Below are positions 50,688-62,719 of a stretch of DNA of 64,000 nt, one piece after another. Under the pieces are notes generated by a model. That model was not told the DNA's origin and made no database searches. It was given only the letters and a program-made list of their open reading frames with translations. The position numbers and the translations under genes were made by a program. Source of the stretch: Octopus vulgaris (Eukaryota); NCBI GenBank assembly GCA_951406725.2, contig OX597815.1, forward strand, positions 183,396,001 through 183,460,000, read 5' to 3'. Numbering within the stretch: position 1 is the stretch's first letter; each line of letters opens with the position of its first letter.

Positions 50688-52648
50688 AACAATAATTAAG
50701 GGTTTAGCAACAATTTGCTTAACCACTTACCAAAAAATTTAGAAATAGCAGCCAAAAGACCGTTATTTCTTTTCGCTACAAAATATCTTTTCTTGCCTGT
50801 GTGAGTTACAGAGAGGGTTGTCTGTGGAGTCATATTTTGTAGCGAAAAGAAATAACGGTCTTTTAACTGTATTTCTAAATTTTTCGGTATGTGGTTAAGC
50901 AACTTGTTGCTAAACCCTTAATTATTGTTATAATTATATATAAAACTTCTTATATAAGTTTTTACCGAATATGGTTCCTTTCCATGCCGAAACTACTTGG
51001 TGAAATTTATTAATTATAAATTAATAATTTTTTACCCTATATAATGATATATATATTCTCTTACACCAACACACAGCTCCACATGAGGATAGTGAGAATG
51101 GATTAATAACTAGCAACCCCAGTTTACATAACAATATAACTACTGTTAGAGCAAATAACACTAATAATAACTCAAGTAACGGAAATGAAAATGAACTGTC
51201 CATAAATAATACTAGTACCAGGAATCACCCCCCTCCAGTTGTAATTATAGGATTAGATCGAAATGTCCGGTATCTGGCCGCTGTTTGATCCAAAATGCAA
51301 TTTATAATTGTACAATAGTGACTTCAAATAACAACTATCTTTATTTCGGTTGTTCGGTGAATTTAAAAAAAACGTTTAAACAGTCATTTCCCCCCCTTTC
51401 GGCTTAAACACAAGGCAGGTTGCACAACACTGTCTAGTAAAAATTGGGAACTGAAAAGGAATAATATAGAATTTGACCTGAAATGGGATATAGTAAGAAA
51501 AGCACGCCTTATAAAAATAGTAGAGATGGTTGTGAACTTTGTTCTATGGAAACATATGAAATTTTAAAACATAGGAATAATACAAATCTGTTAAATAACC
51601 GTTCTGAACTAGGAGCATCTTGCATACATCGCACAACCCGTACGTTTAAATATTTCAAATAATGATATTGTGACCATTCCTTAATTTTTTCAAATTTCTA
51701 ATTCTTTATAACTAAATGAGAATGAATATACCATACTAGCTTTTAATTCAACATGCATAGATTACTAAAAAAAACTTCATTGCATATTTAGAATTAAATT
51801 CTCTCTCTCTTTTTTTTTTTCTAATATATATTTGACCCCTAATGCATTTACTTTATTAATAAGACTCTTGTCCCCAGTTATTAAGTAATATGCCTACTCA
51901 CATTAAATGATACATTTTTCTCCAAAATGAATAAATATTAGATTTATAATTTCTACTTTAATCCAACGTATCAAAATAATCAACACCTACCAGATAAATG
52001 TGGAGCTGATGTGTGTTGGTGTAAGGGAATCTCTGTAATTCTCTTTAACTTTTTCTTGGGTATATAGGTGGTCATTGTAACCATTTGACATTGACCTAGT
52101 TTTCTTGATACAAGATCTGTTTGCCAAACAGTAGTGAACAGTTCCTAGGGCATTATAACCCCCTCTCCACTTTTATTTCTTAATGAATAATTTCTGACAT
52201 TTACTTAACCCCAATTCTATAAATAGAAAACCTCCTTTGTCTCCTTCTACTGAATGTGCCTCCCAACCTTCTAGCATTTCAAAATAACTTAAAGAACTCT
52301 TCAGTCATAAGATAAGCTCTACTACCTCAATGTTCTTAAAATTCAAATCAGCATCTTTGACTATATATCTACCTTCTCTATAATGTTATCAATTAATATG
52401 AAAATTATATATTAATGGGAAACCTCTATAAATGGCTGATGATTGCTCAACATTTTAAAACTGTTGTAATACTTACAATATTTAATAAAATGATGTAGTG
52501 TGAAACGATCGTAGCAAATTACCGGAGATATTCTTGTTGCTTATTTTGATTATAATCACCCCATGGGTTTATATGGATAAAACCATACAAAATTCTGGTG
52601 CATCTAACTTAAATACCATATTCATTTGAATCTAAATTTTGCTGAACT

Positions 52649-52650
<2 letters not shown>
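50688..52650 (+). mobile_element. Penelope-like retroelement 3' part: 5' foldback, GIY-YIG remnant, 3' hammerhead; flanked by (TA)n
   Basis: 51240-51640 reads KCPVSGRCL..NAIY..YFG and CELCSME..LLNNRSEL..CIH, with frameshifts; inverted arms 50688-50786 and 50832-50929. Confidence 0.8.
52430..52520 (+). ncRNA. Candidate hammerhead with long stem II and palindromic stem III
   Basis: CTGATGA 52436-52442, about 59-nt hairpin, GAAA-CGATCG-TA 52502-52513. Confidence 0.65.
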
Positions 52651-52679
<29 letters not shown>

Positions 52680-52680
<1 letters not shown>

Positions 52681-53420
52681 TTCCTGAGAGACCTTGCTGC
52701 ATACAATCAAGCCCCATGCATAGCACACGTGAAAACTCATCTGAGCCCTTATATAGAGGATGAAGAAGTACACGTAACAAAATATACCATACTGTGAACA
52801 GATAGAATGGAAAGGAGCCATGGTGGAGTTGTATACATCCGTGATGACCTCACACCCCAAGTCTTATTATCATACTCAAATTCAGTAAGTGACACTCTAA
52901 TTGTTTTCATAAGACAATACAATCTAGCCATATGCAATACATATCGCCCACCGGATGCTCCAAATCACATAGGCAAGCTTGAAAATTGCCTCACAAGAAT
53001 TTTAAAAATCATTTGGAACACCATGTGAGCGTACTTCTTATGGGTGATTTCAACTTCTCCAATGTCAAATGGCCCGAAGGCCTCATGCTCTCAGGAATGA
53101 CTCATTACAAACAATCACAGGTGGAGTTCCTGCTCAACCTCACCAATTCCCTTTTCGTGGAGCTAGTTGTGCTCAGACTAATTAGGGCGAATAACATTTT
53201 GGATCTCTGCTTCACAAACAATATGGACATCGTTCATGATGTGAAAGTGACGCCGACATTGGTCTCGATGGAAACTAATCGCATTCCTTGAAGAAAACAA
53301 CTTGCTGAGTGATAGCCAGCATGGATTTCGACCAGCTCTTACAGCACTATGGGTGTTGAGGCAGTTACTCAAAAACTCAAATGTGGATGTAATACACCTC
53401 GACTTTGCAAAAGCTTTTGA
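52680..53420 (+). mobile_element. CR1/L2-like LINE fragments (APE plus RT start)
   Basis: GGVVYIR, YRPPD, MGDFN, ILDLCFTN, SQHGFRP, LDFAKAF. Confidence 0.85.
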
Positions 53421-53447
53421 GCAAGCAAGCAAGCCAGCCAGCCAGCA

Positions 53448-53499
<52 letters not shown>

Positions 53500-53513
53500 C
53501 ATCCATCCATCTG

Positions 53514-55545
53514 ACGCGCTACATCATAGAGTAGTTAAGGAACCTGGCAGGGGTGGAGCCCTGATCAATTTGGATCAATCGAAAGCTTTCGATAGGGTAG
53601 ACCATCGATACTTGGAGGCAGTCCTGAGAGCGGCTGGATAGCTGATTTGTACAGTGGTATCCATTCGGTAATTCGCGTAAATGGACATCTATCGAGACCT
53701 TTCGACATTGCACGTTCGGTCCGTCAGGGATGCCTCCTCTCGTCGCTTCTATACGTATTGACTCTCGAGCCACGACTGCGGAAGCTGGCGTCTCTGAGGG
53801 GCATCCCGCGAGAATTGAGATGCGGGGTGGGCGTGTCTGCATACGCGGACGACGTCACCGTCATAGAGTCAAGCCACGAGAACATCGAGCTGGTCGGCGA
53901 GACACTGAAAGACTACGAAGCGGTGACAGGAGCGAAAATCAACCGGGAAAAGTCAGTGGGCTTGCGACTCGGCACCTGGAGAAGCAAGCCCATTCCGTCC
54001 ACCACACCTCCGTCGTGGGACGCTGGACGGACGGCCCGGTTGAGTTGCTCGGGGTCTGGTTCGGTCCGGACCTCCAAATGTAGAAGAACTGGAACGAGAT
54101 AACGAGTAGGGTGGTCACTCTCGCCCAGCAATGGGCCGAGAGGAAACTGTCCCTAAAAGGTCGGGCGGAGGTGGTGAACGCGTACATCGCGTCCATCATC
54201 TACTACCGCCTGACCGTCGTACCTTGTCCCGCATCCTCTTCCGCTTCTTGTGGAAAGGATGCGTCCCGATGGTCAGGCGATCCATTTGCTGTCAACACCC
54301 GTTAAAAGGAGGGCTGGGCATGCCGTGGTTGATGATGCGCAGACACTCGCTGAGACTGCGACATCTCCGGCTCTATGTAGACGACGGTGAACAGGTGTGG
54401 TCGCCGTTTGTGAGGCACGCATTCCCGCAACTCGTCTCCATGACTGAACTACAGTCGTGGATCAAAAAGAGGCCGAGGAAGGGCGAATGGCACCGCGAGT
54501 GTCGCGTTGCTCTCAAGCAACTCTGCCGTCCCGGGTCGACCTTGAGTGACTTCAACACAACCAAAGCATTCTATAGGGGATTAGTGGAAGGGAGGTACGA
54601 CGACGAGCTCGGGGCAAACCTGGGCGTCGACGAGGAATACCTGACCCGCCTGTTTCAAACGACTTTCGGCCCGGGACCTATGGACAACTTCCAGAGATCC
54701 CTGGCCTGGCGGTGCTACCGAGAAGCGCTACCCGTTCGGGATAAGCTCTATAGGCATGGCTCGAGAAACACGGGGCCGACCTGCCCGAGATGCGGGCAGA
54801 GCGACGAAACCGCTCTGCACGCAATCGTGCAGTGTCCAGCAATTTCCCACCTGTGGGCTTATGTCGAACGACTGCTGTCACGTGTGGGACGTGTCGGTTT
54901 ATCAGCCGAGTCTATCGTTAATATCGTCACGCCTCCTTCCTTCAAACGGGAAGGAAGAGCTATTTTTATTATACTTGTGGCTATGGCGAAAGAATGTATC
55001 TGGTGGACGCGCCTGAAAGGATTAGAGACAAACACTTTCCTCTCTGGTCAATCTCTCATCAACTTCTTCAAGTATCACTTGAAGAGGAAAGTGAGAGTAG
55101 AGAGGCAAGTTTTGTCTAGTGAATGTTTTAAAAAAAGATGGGTGAATGTAGCAAGGATGACACGTATGAATGACGAAGCCACCTTGACTATGATTCTATG
55201 AACCGTAAAAATTAATACAGAGAGTTGCTTATTTGCAAAAAAAAAAAAAAAAGAAATATAACATGTGACTTCATTGACCGAGGTTACCGTGGTCTTTTCC
55301 GTAGGCTTTTCTTTCCACGGGTAAACCTCACCTGTCCTCCCCTTTACACTTCATATTGACTTTTCTGTGATAACGATCCCTATTATTCATATTTTTTGTT
55401 GCCCCCCCTTTTTTTTAACCTCTTTCTTTCCTTTACGTCCTCTTTCTTTCCTTTTACCACCCCTTTTTTTTACCCCCAAAAGAAAAGCTCTACCTTGTAA
55501 TTTGTTCTATCTGTGTGCAGCCCTGTGTGGCTAATAAAGAAACAT
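53514..55545 (+). mobile_element. 5'-truncated Tx1/L1-like LINE (RT plus C-terminal zinc finger) within a (TATC)n tract
   Basis: LDQSKAFDRV, VRQGC, AYADD, CPRCGQSDETALHAIVQC; ends AATAAAGAAAC before (TATC)n. Confidence 0.92.
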
Positions 55546-55869
55546 ATCTATCTATCTATCCGTCAGTCTATTTATCTATTTGTCTGTCTATTTATCTATT
55601 TGTCTGTCTATTTATCTATTTGTCTGTCTATTTATCTATTTGTCTGTCTATTTATCTATCTATCTTCTGTCTGTCCGTCTATCTATCTATTTATCTATCC
55701 ATACATACACAGTAGAATACTGACATTTTACTGGAAACCACTAACAATTATGTGTGTTTGCCTCTCACTACCACTTGAAAACCAGTGTTGGTGTGTTTAC
55801 GTCCTCCTGACCAAGTGGTTCGGCAAAAGAGATATTCTATTAGAACAAACTATTCTGCGGTTGATACCA

Positions 55870-57082
55870 CGTGAGAAACACATGAGCATGTCTACACATG
55901 CTCCATAAGATGTACTCAGTGTAAGCTATGGACACATAAGTGGTGCAGCAACATTAAAGGAGGATTAACCGGGCAGATAGCTTTCGTGTGCGGCAGATGC
56001 ATAGGGGCAATAAACACCACAGATGCTCAGAAAATAGATTTCATCACACTCCAGTGGGGAGAAACTAGAAGTAGTTGATAACATCCGCTATCTAGGTGAC
56101 CAAGTTGGTAATGGGGGTCGATGCTCTGAGAGTTACCACTTGAATAAGAATAGCCTGGACAAAGTTTAGAAAGCTTCTACCTCTACTGGTGACAAAGAGT
56201 CTTTCGCTCAGATTGAAAGGTAGACTGTACGATGCATGTGTGCGAACTGCCATGCTTCACGGCAGTGGAACATGGGCTGTGACTGCGGAGGACATGCTTT
56301 GGCTCGAAAGAAATGAAGCTAGCATGATCCGCTGGATGTGTAATGTCAGTGTGCACACACGACAGAGTGTAAGCGCTCTCAGAAATGTTGGATATAAGAA
56401 GCATCGGATGTGGCGTGCAGGAGAGACGTTTGCGTTGGTATGGTCAGGTACTACGGATGGATGAGGAGAGTTGTGTGAAGAAGTGCCACTCCCAAACAGT
56501 TGAAGGAATCCGGGGTAGAGGTAGACCCAGGAAGACATGGGATGAGGTAGTGAAGCATGACCTTCGAAAGTTGGGCCTCACAGAGGCAATGATGAAAGGC
56601 CGAGACATCTGGACTGCGAAGACCCGGCAAATAAAGTTCACGGCTGTATCCTACACCAGTTTCGCATAACCAACCCCAGCCCATTCATAAGTACCTTGGA
56701 TCGTAGGGCGACCTGCTGTGCTTGAAGAAACCTATTGATTCAACATCAACATCAAAATAAAAATCAAATGGAAATTGTAGTTGTGATACCCCTGCCGGCG
56801 GCACGTAAAAAGCACCATCCGAACATGGCTGATGCCAGCGCCGCGTTGACTAGCTTCCGTACCAGTGGCACATAAAAAGCACCAACCGATCGTGGCCGTT
56901 CCAGCCTCCTCTGGCCCTTGTGCCGGTGGCACACGGAGTGGTCGGCGTTAGGAAGGGCATCCAGTTGTAGGCACACAGCCAGATCAAACTGGAGCCTGGT
57001 GCAGCCTCCTGGCTTCCCAGACCCCAGTCGAACCGTCCAGCTCATGCCAGCATGGAAAGGTGTTAAACTATGATGATGATGA
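55870..57082 (+). mobile_element. RTE LINE 3' portion with 3' UTR and (GAT)n tail
   Basis: KGRLYDACVR, RLRWYG, RGRGRPRKTW. Confidence 0.9.
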
Positions 57083-57084
57083 TA

Positions 57085-57098
57085 TATAAAATTATTAA

Positions 57099-57140
<42 letters not shown>

Positions 57141-57150
57141 TATTAAGTTA

Positions 57151-57181
<31 letters not shown>

Positions 57182-57200
57182 ATTATTAAGTTAATATATA

Positions 57201-57237
<37 letters not shown>

Positions 57238-57901
57238 AATTTTATATATATATATATAAATAAAATTATTAAGTTAATATATATATATATATAATTATTA
57301 AGTTAATATATATATTTATATATATAAAATTAATTAAGGGTAGAAATTGATATTTATCAATTAAGACCAGTGGTCTAGCATATTAAAAAAGAATCCGAAG
57401 ATTAAAATATTTATATATACCAATTAAGGACTGAACACGAAAAGTGGACAGTCAACATGCTAGATATAGACGTCAAATCGCCATTCACCACAAAAGATTA
57501 TGTTCTCAGATCAAACTGAGTTTGATCTGAGAACATAATCTTTTGTGGTGAATGGCGATTTGACGTCTATATCTAGCATGTTGACTGTCCACTTTTCGTG
57601 TTCAGTCCTTAATTGGTATATATTTATATATATATATAATTATTAAGTTAATATATATATTTATATATATATATATATATATAATTATTAAGTTAATATA
57701 TATATTTATATATATATATATAATTATTAAGTTAATATATATATTTATATATATATATATATAATTATTAAGTTAATATATATATTTATATATATATATA
57801 TATAATTATTAAGTTAATATATATATTTATATATATATATGTAATTATTAAGTTAATATATATATTTATATATATATATATAATTATTAAGTTAATATAT
57901 A

Positions 57902-57946
<45 letters not shown>

Positions 57947-57956
57947 TTATTAATTT

Positions 57957-57989
<33 letters not shown>

Positions 57990-58030
57990 CATTATTAATT
58001 TATATATATAATTATTAATTTAATATATGT
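57085..58030. repeat. AT-only minisatellite (TAATTATTAAGTTAA plus (TA)n) enclosing a palindrome
   Basis: Direct reading. Confidence 0.9.
57413..57623. repeat. Perfect palindrome, 105-bp arms, 1-nt spacer (G57518)
   Basis: Arms compared base by base; no mismatch. Confidence 0.97.
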
Positions 58031-58660
58031 TATGTATATTACACATTGAGTGAGAGTGAGAGAGAGAGAGAGAGGGAGGGAGAGACGGGAAGAAAAAAAG
58101 AAAGAAAGAAAGAGAGAGAAACTGGTGAGCAATTGAAAGTGAGGCAAACAGAGAAACAGATACGGTCGAAACATTCGTGTTTCTGTTGGGACAAAACAAC
58201 CTGACCTTTCAAGTCACCCTCGTATTGTGTTTACTTAACGACAGTAACCAGGCTAAATGCACGACGAACCAATCCCGTGTTTTCATAATTAGAACAAACA
58301 CAAACAGTTACGTAAAAATTCTCTCTATTTTGGGATCAATTACACAATTGGAAATCGTTGAAAGAGTAGACTTTGTTTGAGGGGAACATTGACGTCATGT
58401 CCTGGTTCTCCTCGAATTGCCTTGGTTGATGCGAAAGAAATTAAAGACAAAATTCCAGGTAATAAACACTGATTCCATAAACAAATCTTTTTCCACTGTT
58501 TACTTACATAGAATGTACGTAATCGAATATTTCTTCTATGCAAACATTCTAGAACTGCTGTTTCTTTATTGATATGTATCGATAGAGGTTTATATCTTAT
58601 TCAGTTTCATTTATTTTTTTCTTTCTCTTTCTTCTTCCGCTTCACACAGCCAATCACACA

Positions 58661-58697
<37 letters not shown>

Positions 58698-58814
58698 TTT
58701 TTGCCTATCAATATCTGTCTTTACTCACTCCTGTCTTTTTGGTTCCTTTCTGTCTGCATACACACACACTACAAATACACCCAATCATGACTACATATAT
58801 ACATATTATCTATC

Positions 58815-58906
<92 letters not shown>

Positions 58907-58922
58907 GGAGTAAACACATAAA

Positions 58923-58960
58923 TGTGTCCGACGAACGGCAACGCGAAACTCAGAGTAACA
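58923..58960 (+). ncRNA. Candidate minimal hammerhead (variant core CCGACGA)
   Basis: TGT-CCGACGA-ACG(GCAA)CGC-GAAA-CTC(A)GAG-TA-ACA between (TA)n runs. Confidence 0.55.
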
Positions 58961-59016
58961 GGTTTTGTGGAATTTTCTGCTGCTTTAAATAAAGTATATA
59001 TATGTGGGTAGTAACA

Positions 59017-59051
<35 letters not shown>

Positions 59052-59054
<3 letters not shown>

Positions 59055-60630
59055 TGGTTGTCTACTCCTTATGCGGAGTCTGACCACCTCCTGTGCCTAT
59101 ACCTTAGATCCATCGCGTCTGATGTGGCTTTTTAAACCAGACAATCTATTGAAAAGACTGCATAGATGCATATCCGATTTGTAGCACCAAGAGCTGCAGT
59201 TAAGTTCTGATCCTCGTGGATCTGAAAATGTCTTTTGAAACCTCTGTTAGATATGCAGACCTTATGGCATGCATAGCATTAGAAGGTGTACACAGGCATA
59301 CAAGCAGAATAGTTAGTGGAGGTTCGTTTTACATAGGTCCGCAAATGAGATTTGAGCCCAGTCAAAGAAAGGCATGGTCTGTCACAAACTGTGCACACAA
59401 AAAGTTCATAGTGATTCACCTTCTCGATCGTAACATTCTTCTTTAAATCTCTCGAGTGTTGCATGCATTATGCTGGCCTTTTGAAATACTTTCACTCCAT
59501 TCCACACTTTTGTTCGCCATCCAACTCGATCCGAAGCAAGAGTTTCTATATCCTCTGGATCCATTCCAAGTGACTTCATGGTCCTTAAACTTATGCGGTC
59601 CTTAAACTTCTTTTTAGTTTTACACCGATAGCGTTCCCCCTCTGCAAGCTCACCACAAAACAGCTGTTTCATCCGCCATTCGAACAATATGGCCAGACCA
59701 CCTCATTTGGTTTTTTAAAATTATTGCTTTAATTGATGTGATGCCTGCAGACGCAAGGACATTTAATGTAAAAAAAACTCCATTTAATGTTTAAAATGAT
59801 ATGAAAGCATTTTTGGTGGAATTGTTCTAACAAGTTAAAATCTCTTTCCTGACATGTCCATGTTTCAGAAGAATACAACAGGGATGGTAGGACAAACGAT
59901 TTGTAAAGAGCCAATTTTGTGTGGTTATTTATATGTTGTTGGCGCCAAACGCTTGACTCCAAACCGCCAAATGCTTGTGCTGCCCTTTGAATTGCAGATG
60001 TATTTCTGTGTCCAGATTTCCATCATTTTGTACAGAGCTTCCATGGTAGATGAAGGAATCAAAGGCTTCAAGTAACTCACCCTTAATAAAATTTTAGCAG
60101 GGTTGCAAACAGCACCACATGCAGGTTGATGCATTACAACTGTTTATTCAAGTTGACGGTCAAGCCCAAATCATCACAAACCGAGTCAAATGCAGATACA
60201 AGAGATTGTAGACCTGTTTCAGAATGACTGACTTAATCGCAATCGTCATCGCATAAAAGTTCCCTAATGAGTGAGATAAAACCTTCGTTTTTAATTTCAG
60301 TCTGGTCAGATTAAAAACATTCCCTGTTGTTCGAAATTTTATGTAAATACCCTCCTTGAAGTTTTGAAAAGCGTGTGACAGCACAACAGCAAGGTATATT
60401 GCGAAGAGGGTGGGTGCATCAAGGTCTCTTTGCTTTACTCCATTTTCCACAGCAAAAGATTCAGAGAGCCTACCACCAAAACTAACTCTAGCTTTCACAT
60501 CTTGATGCAAAACCCTGATCATGTTTACAAATTTTTCTGGGCAACCTATTTTCCTTAGAATTAGCCACATAGCATTTCGATTAACAGTATCGAATGCTTT
60601 GCTCAAATCAACAAAGCAATGGTATAGGCC
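59052..60630 (-). mobile_element. RTE/BovB-like LINE (RT to zinc-finger 3' end), degraded
   Basis: KAFDTVNR, NGVKQ, PTLF, LLYSSETW, CTVCDRPCLSLTGLKSH. Confidence 0.9.
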
Positions 60631-60879
60631 AAGTTATAAAATAGTAGGTATTTAAAATAAAAATTCTTTTTTATATAGTGAGATGAAGGAGCCTACTATC
60701 TCTAAATGAAAATATATATTTCTTCATTGAGAATAATTTGAACCCCTATTATGCCGGAATTTTTATTCCCTAACGAATAAAATTAAATATGATATATATA
60801 TATGATTTACATATACTTATATATAATTTTTATATATTTGGTTTGTATATATTACTCCCATAATATATATATATATATA

Positions 60880-61320
60880 TGATGGCCGTCCACTCGTGAC
60901 GGAGGAAGACCATTGCTGACCTTCAGGAACATTATGCGCTCTAGGACTAACTTATATTTTGCATTTGTGGCTCCGTTGGTGGCTAATGAGCCCTGCTCTT
61001 GACAAGCATACGCGAGTGCAAACATTTCAGACCAAGCTTTCGCCATTCACTACACCAGCAGTGTGCTTTCGAGCAGCACGCTTAAGTTCTTGTTGAAGAA
61101 TTCGAGCTCTCTCAAAACTGTCCACCCCTCCTTAATCTGCTTCCCCCATCTGTGGCGATGACAGGCATTGCTCTCCCAGCCAGTCTCCTGCATATCACAG
61201 ACATTTAATGAGGACTTGAAACAGTCCTTAAATCACAGCCTTGGTTTTTGCCGAGGTCTCTTTCCATTCACAAGTTCCCATATAGTATCTGCTTAGGGAT
61301 CCTGCTATCCTACATTCTAA
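60880..61320 (-). mobile_element. RTE LINE 3' fragment
   Basis: PKQIL..EL..G.R..KP.L.FKD remnants and a terminal C..C..H finger. Confidence 0.75.
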
Positions 61321-61334
61321 TATATATATATATA

Positions 61335-61390
<56 letters not shown>

Positions 61391-61444
61391 TATGTAAGTC
61401 AGGAAAAATGCACTCGTATATCTGTCAATCGAGTACATATTATT

Positions 61445-61525
61445 ATCAATCGGTTTCGCGCGTGGGATTCAACGGAGTGTTTGGTAACACTCCGATTATG
61501 CAACCCTGCGCTCATCAGACGTAGC
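61445..61525 (-). ncRNA. Candidate hammerhead with extended stem II
   Basis: CTGATGA-GCGC..CGGAGTGTT(ACCA)AACACTCCG..GCGC-GAAA-CCGATT. Confidence 0.5.
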
Positions 61526-61530
61526 CGATG

Positions 61531-61570
<40 letters not shown>

Positions 61571-61899
61571 TTGAATATATGTCCGGTCATAGAGTAACCG
61601 ATGGTTTTTGCATCCATAATGTGCTTAACTTTATAGACGACTCGTCACACTCCAATGCTCTCCGCCATTAGAGTTTGAAGGATAGTCTCAAGCCTGCACG
61701 TTTGACAGCAGAGAATTCATCTCATAATCGTTTTCTTTGATCTTGGTACGTAGAATAACTGATTAGAATTCACCTGTGATTGAGAAGCTGTATTTAAAAC
61801 GACAATTGCCTAGCTAGTTATTGGGTGAAGAAACTAGAAAGTGTTTCAAACATTGCCTGCCCTATTGTGATTAACTGCTATTCATCACAGCAGAAGCAA

Positions 61900-62530
61900 C
61901 AGCCGTCCAAGAATTTGGACCTGGAGATCTCCATTTCCAGCGACTTCGAGGGTCACCTCCCAGTGGTGTCGGGTGTCAACGAAGAGCCCTCGACTATAAC
62001 AAGACGACCAAAGTTTTTTTTTCCAAGGTCTGGGGTCTCCCGCCCCTAAGCCCTAGACCATCACCTAATCACCCTTATCCGTCTTGTTGCTTAACAACAA
62101 CAAAAACAACAGCAGCAGCAACATATTTAAAAAGCGTAAATATGAAACGCAAAAGCATAAACAAGCGAAGGACACATCTACGTGGTTCTGCAATGTGCGA
62201 ACGTTGCTTTTTGATAATGAATCCAGCAGGCTTGAGCGATCTACTGCTTTTGTTCAAGTTGAGTATGAGTGATAGAAGATAGTCATTGCTGCTCTTTTGG
62301 AGACAGAGCTGTCAGAGAAAGGTCAACGAATCGAAATGGATCTTGGCTACAAATACTTTTGTGTTTACAAAACGACAGGTGGAAAACGAGGGAATGGCGT
62401 TGACTTTGCGATCAGGAAGAACCCAGTCAAAGACTTTTGTAACTTTTGCCAGCGATTTTGTTATACGCTGGCGATTGAATTCCTGTGGTTTATTCGGAAC
62501 AAGGTATTTATTTCATATTTTGGGACCAAG
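61900..62530 (+). mobile_element. RTE LINE 5' fragment (5' UTR plus APE start)
   Basis: CNVRTL; ET.LSEKGQ..E..LGY.YF..KRGNGVDFAIRK. Confidence 0.75.
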
Positions 62531-62719
62531 TCAGTAGTTTTGTAGAAGGGATTTAGTCGATTTCATCGAACACAGGGCTCAACCTGTACTTATTTTATCG
62601 ACCCCGAAAGAATGAAAGGCAAAGTCAATACCAACAGTATTTGAATTTAGAACGTAAAGTCGGACAAAATGCTGCTGAGCATTTTTTTGCTAACCATTCT
62701 GCCAGCTTGCCGCATTGCT

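Noticed and set aside
54131-55201. 356-aa ORF as a host gene
   Set aside because: It is the C-terminal part of a frameshifted Tx1-like ORF2.
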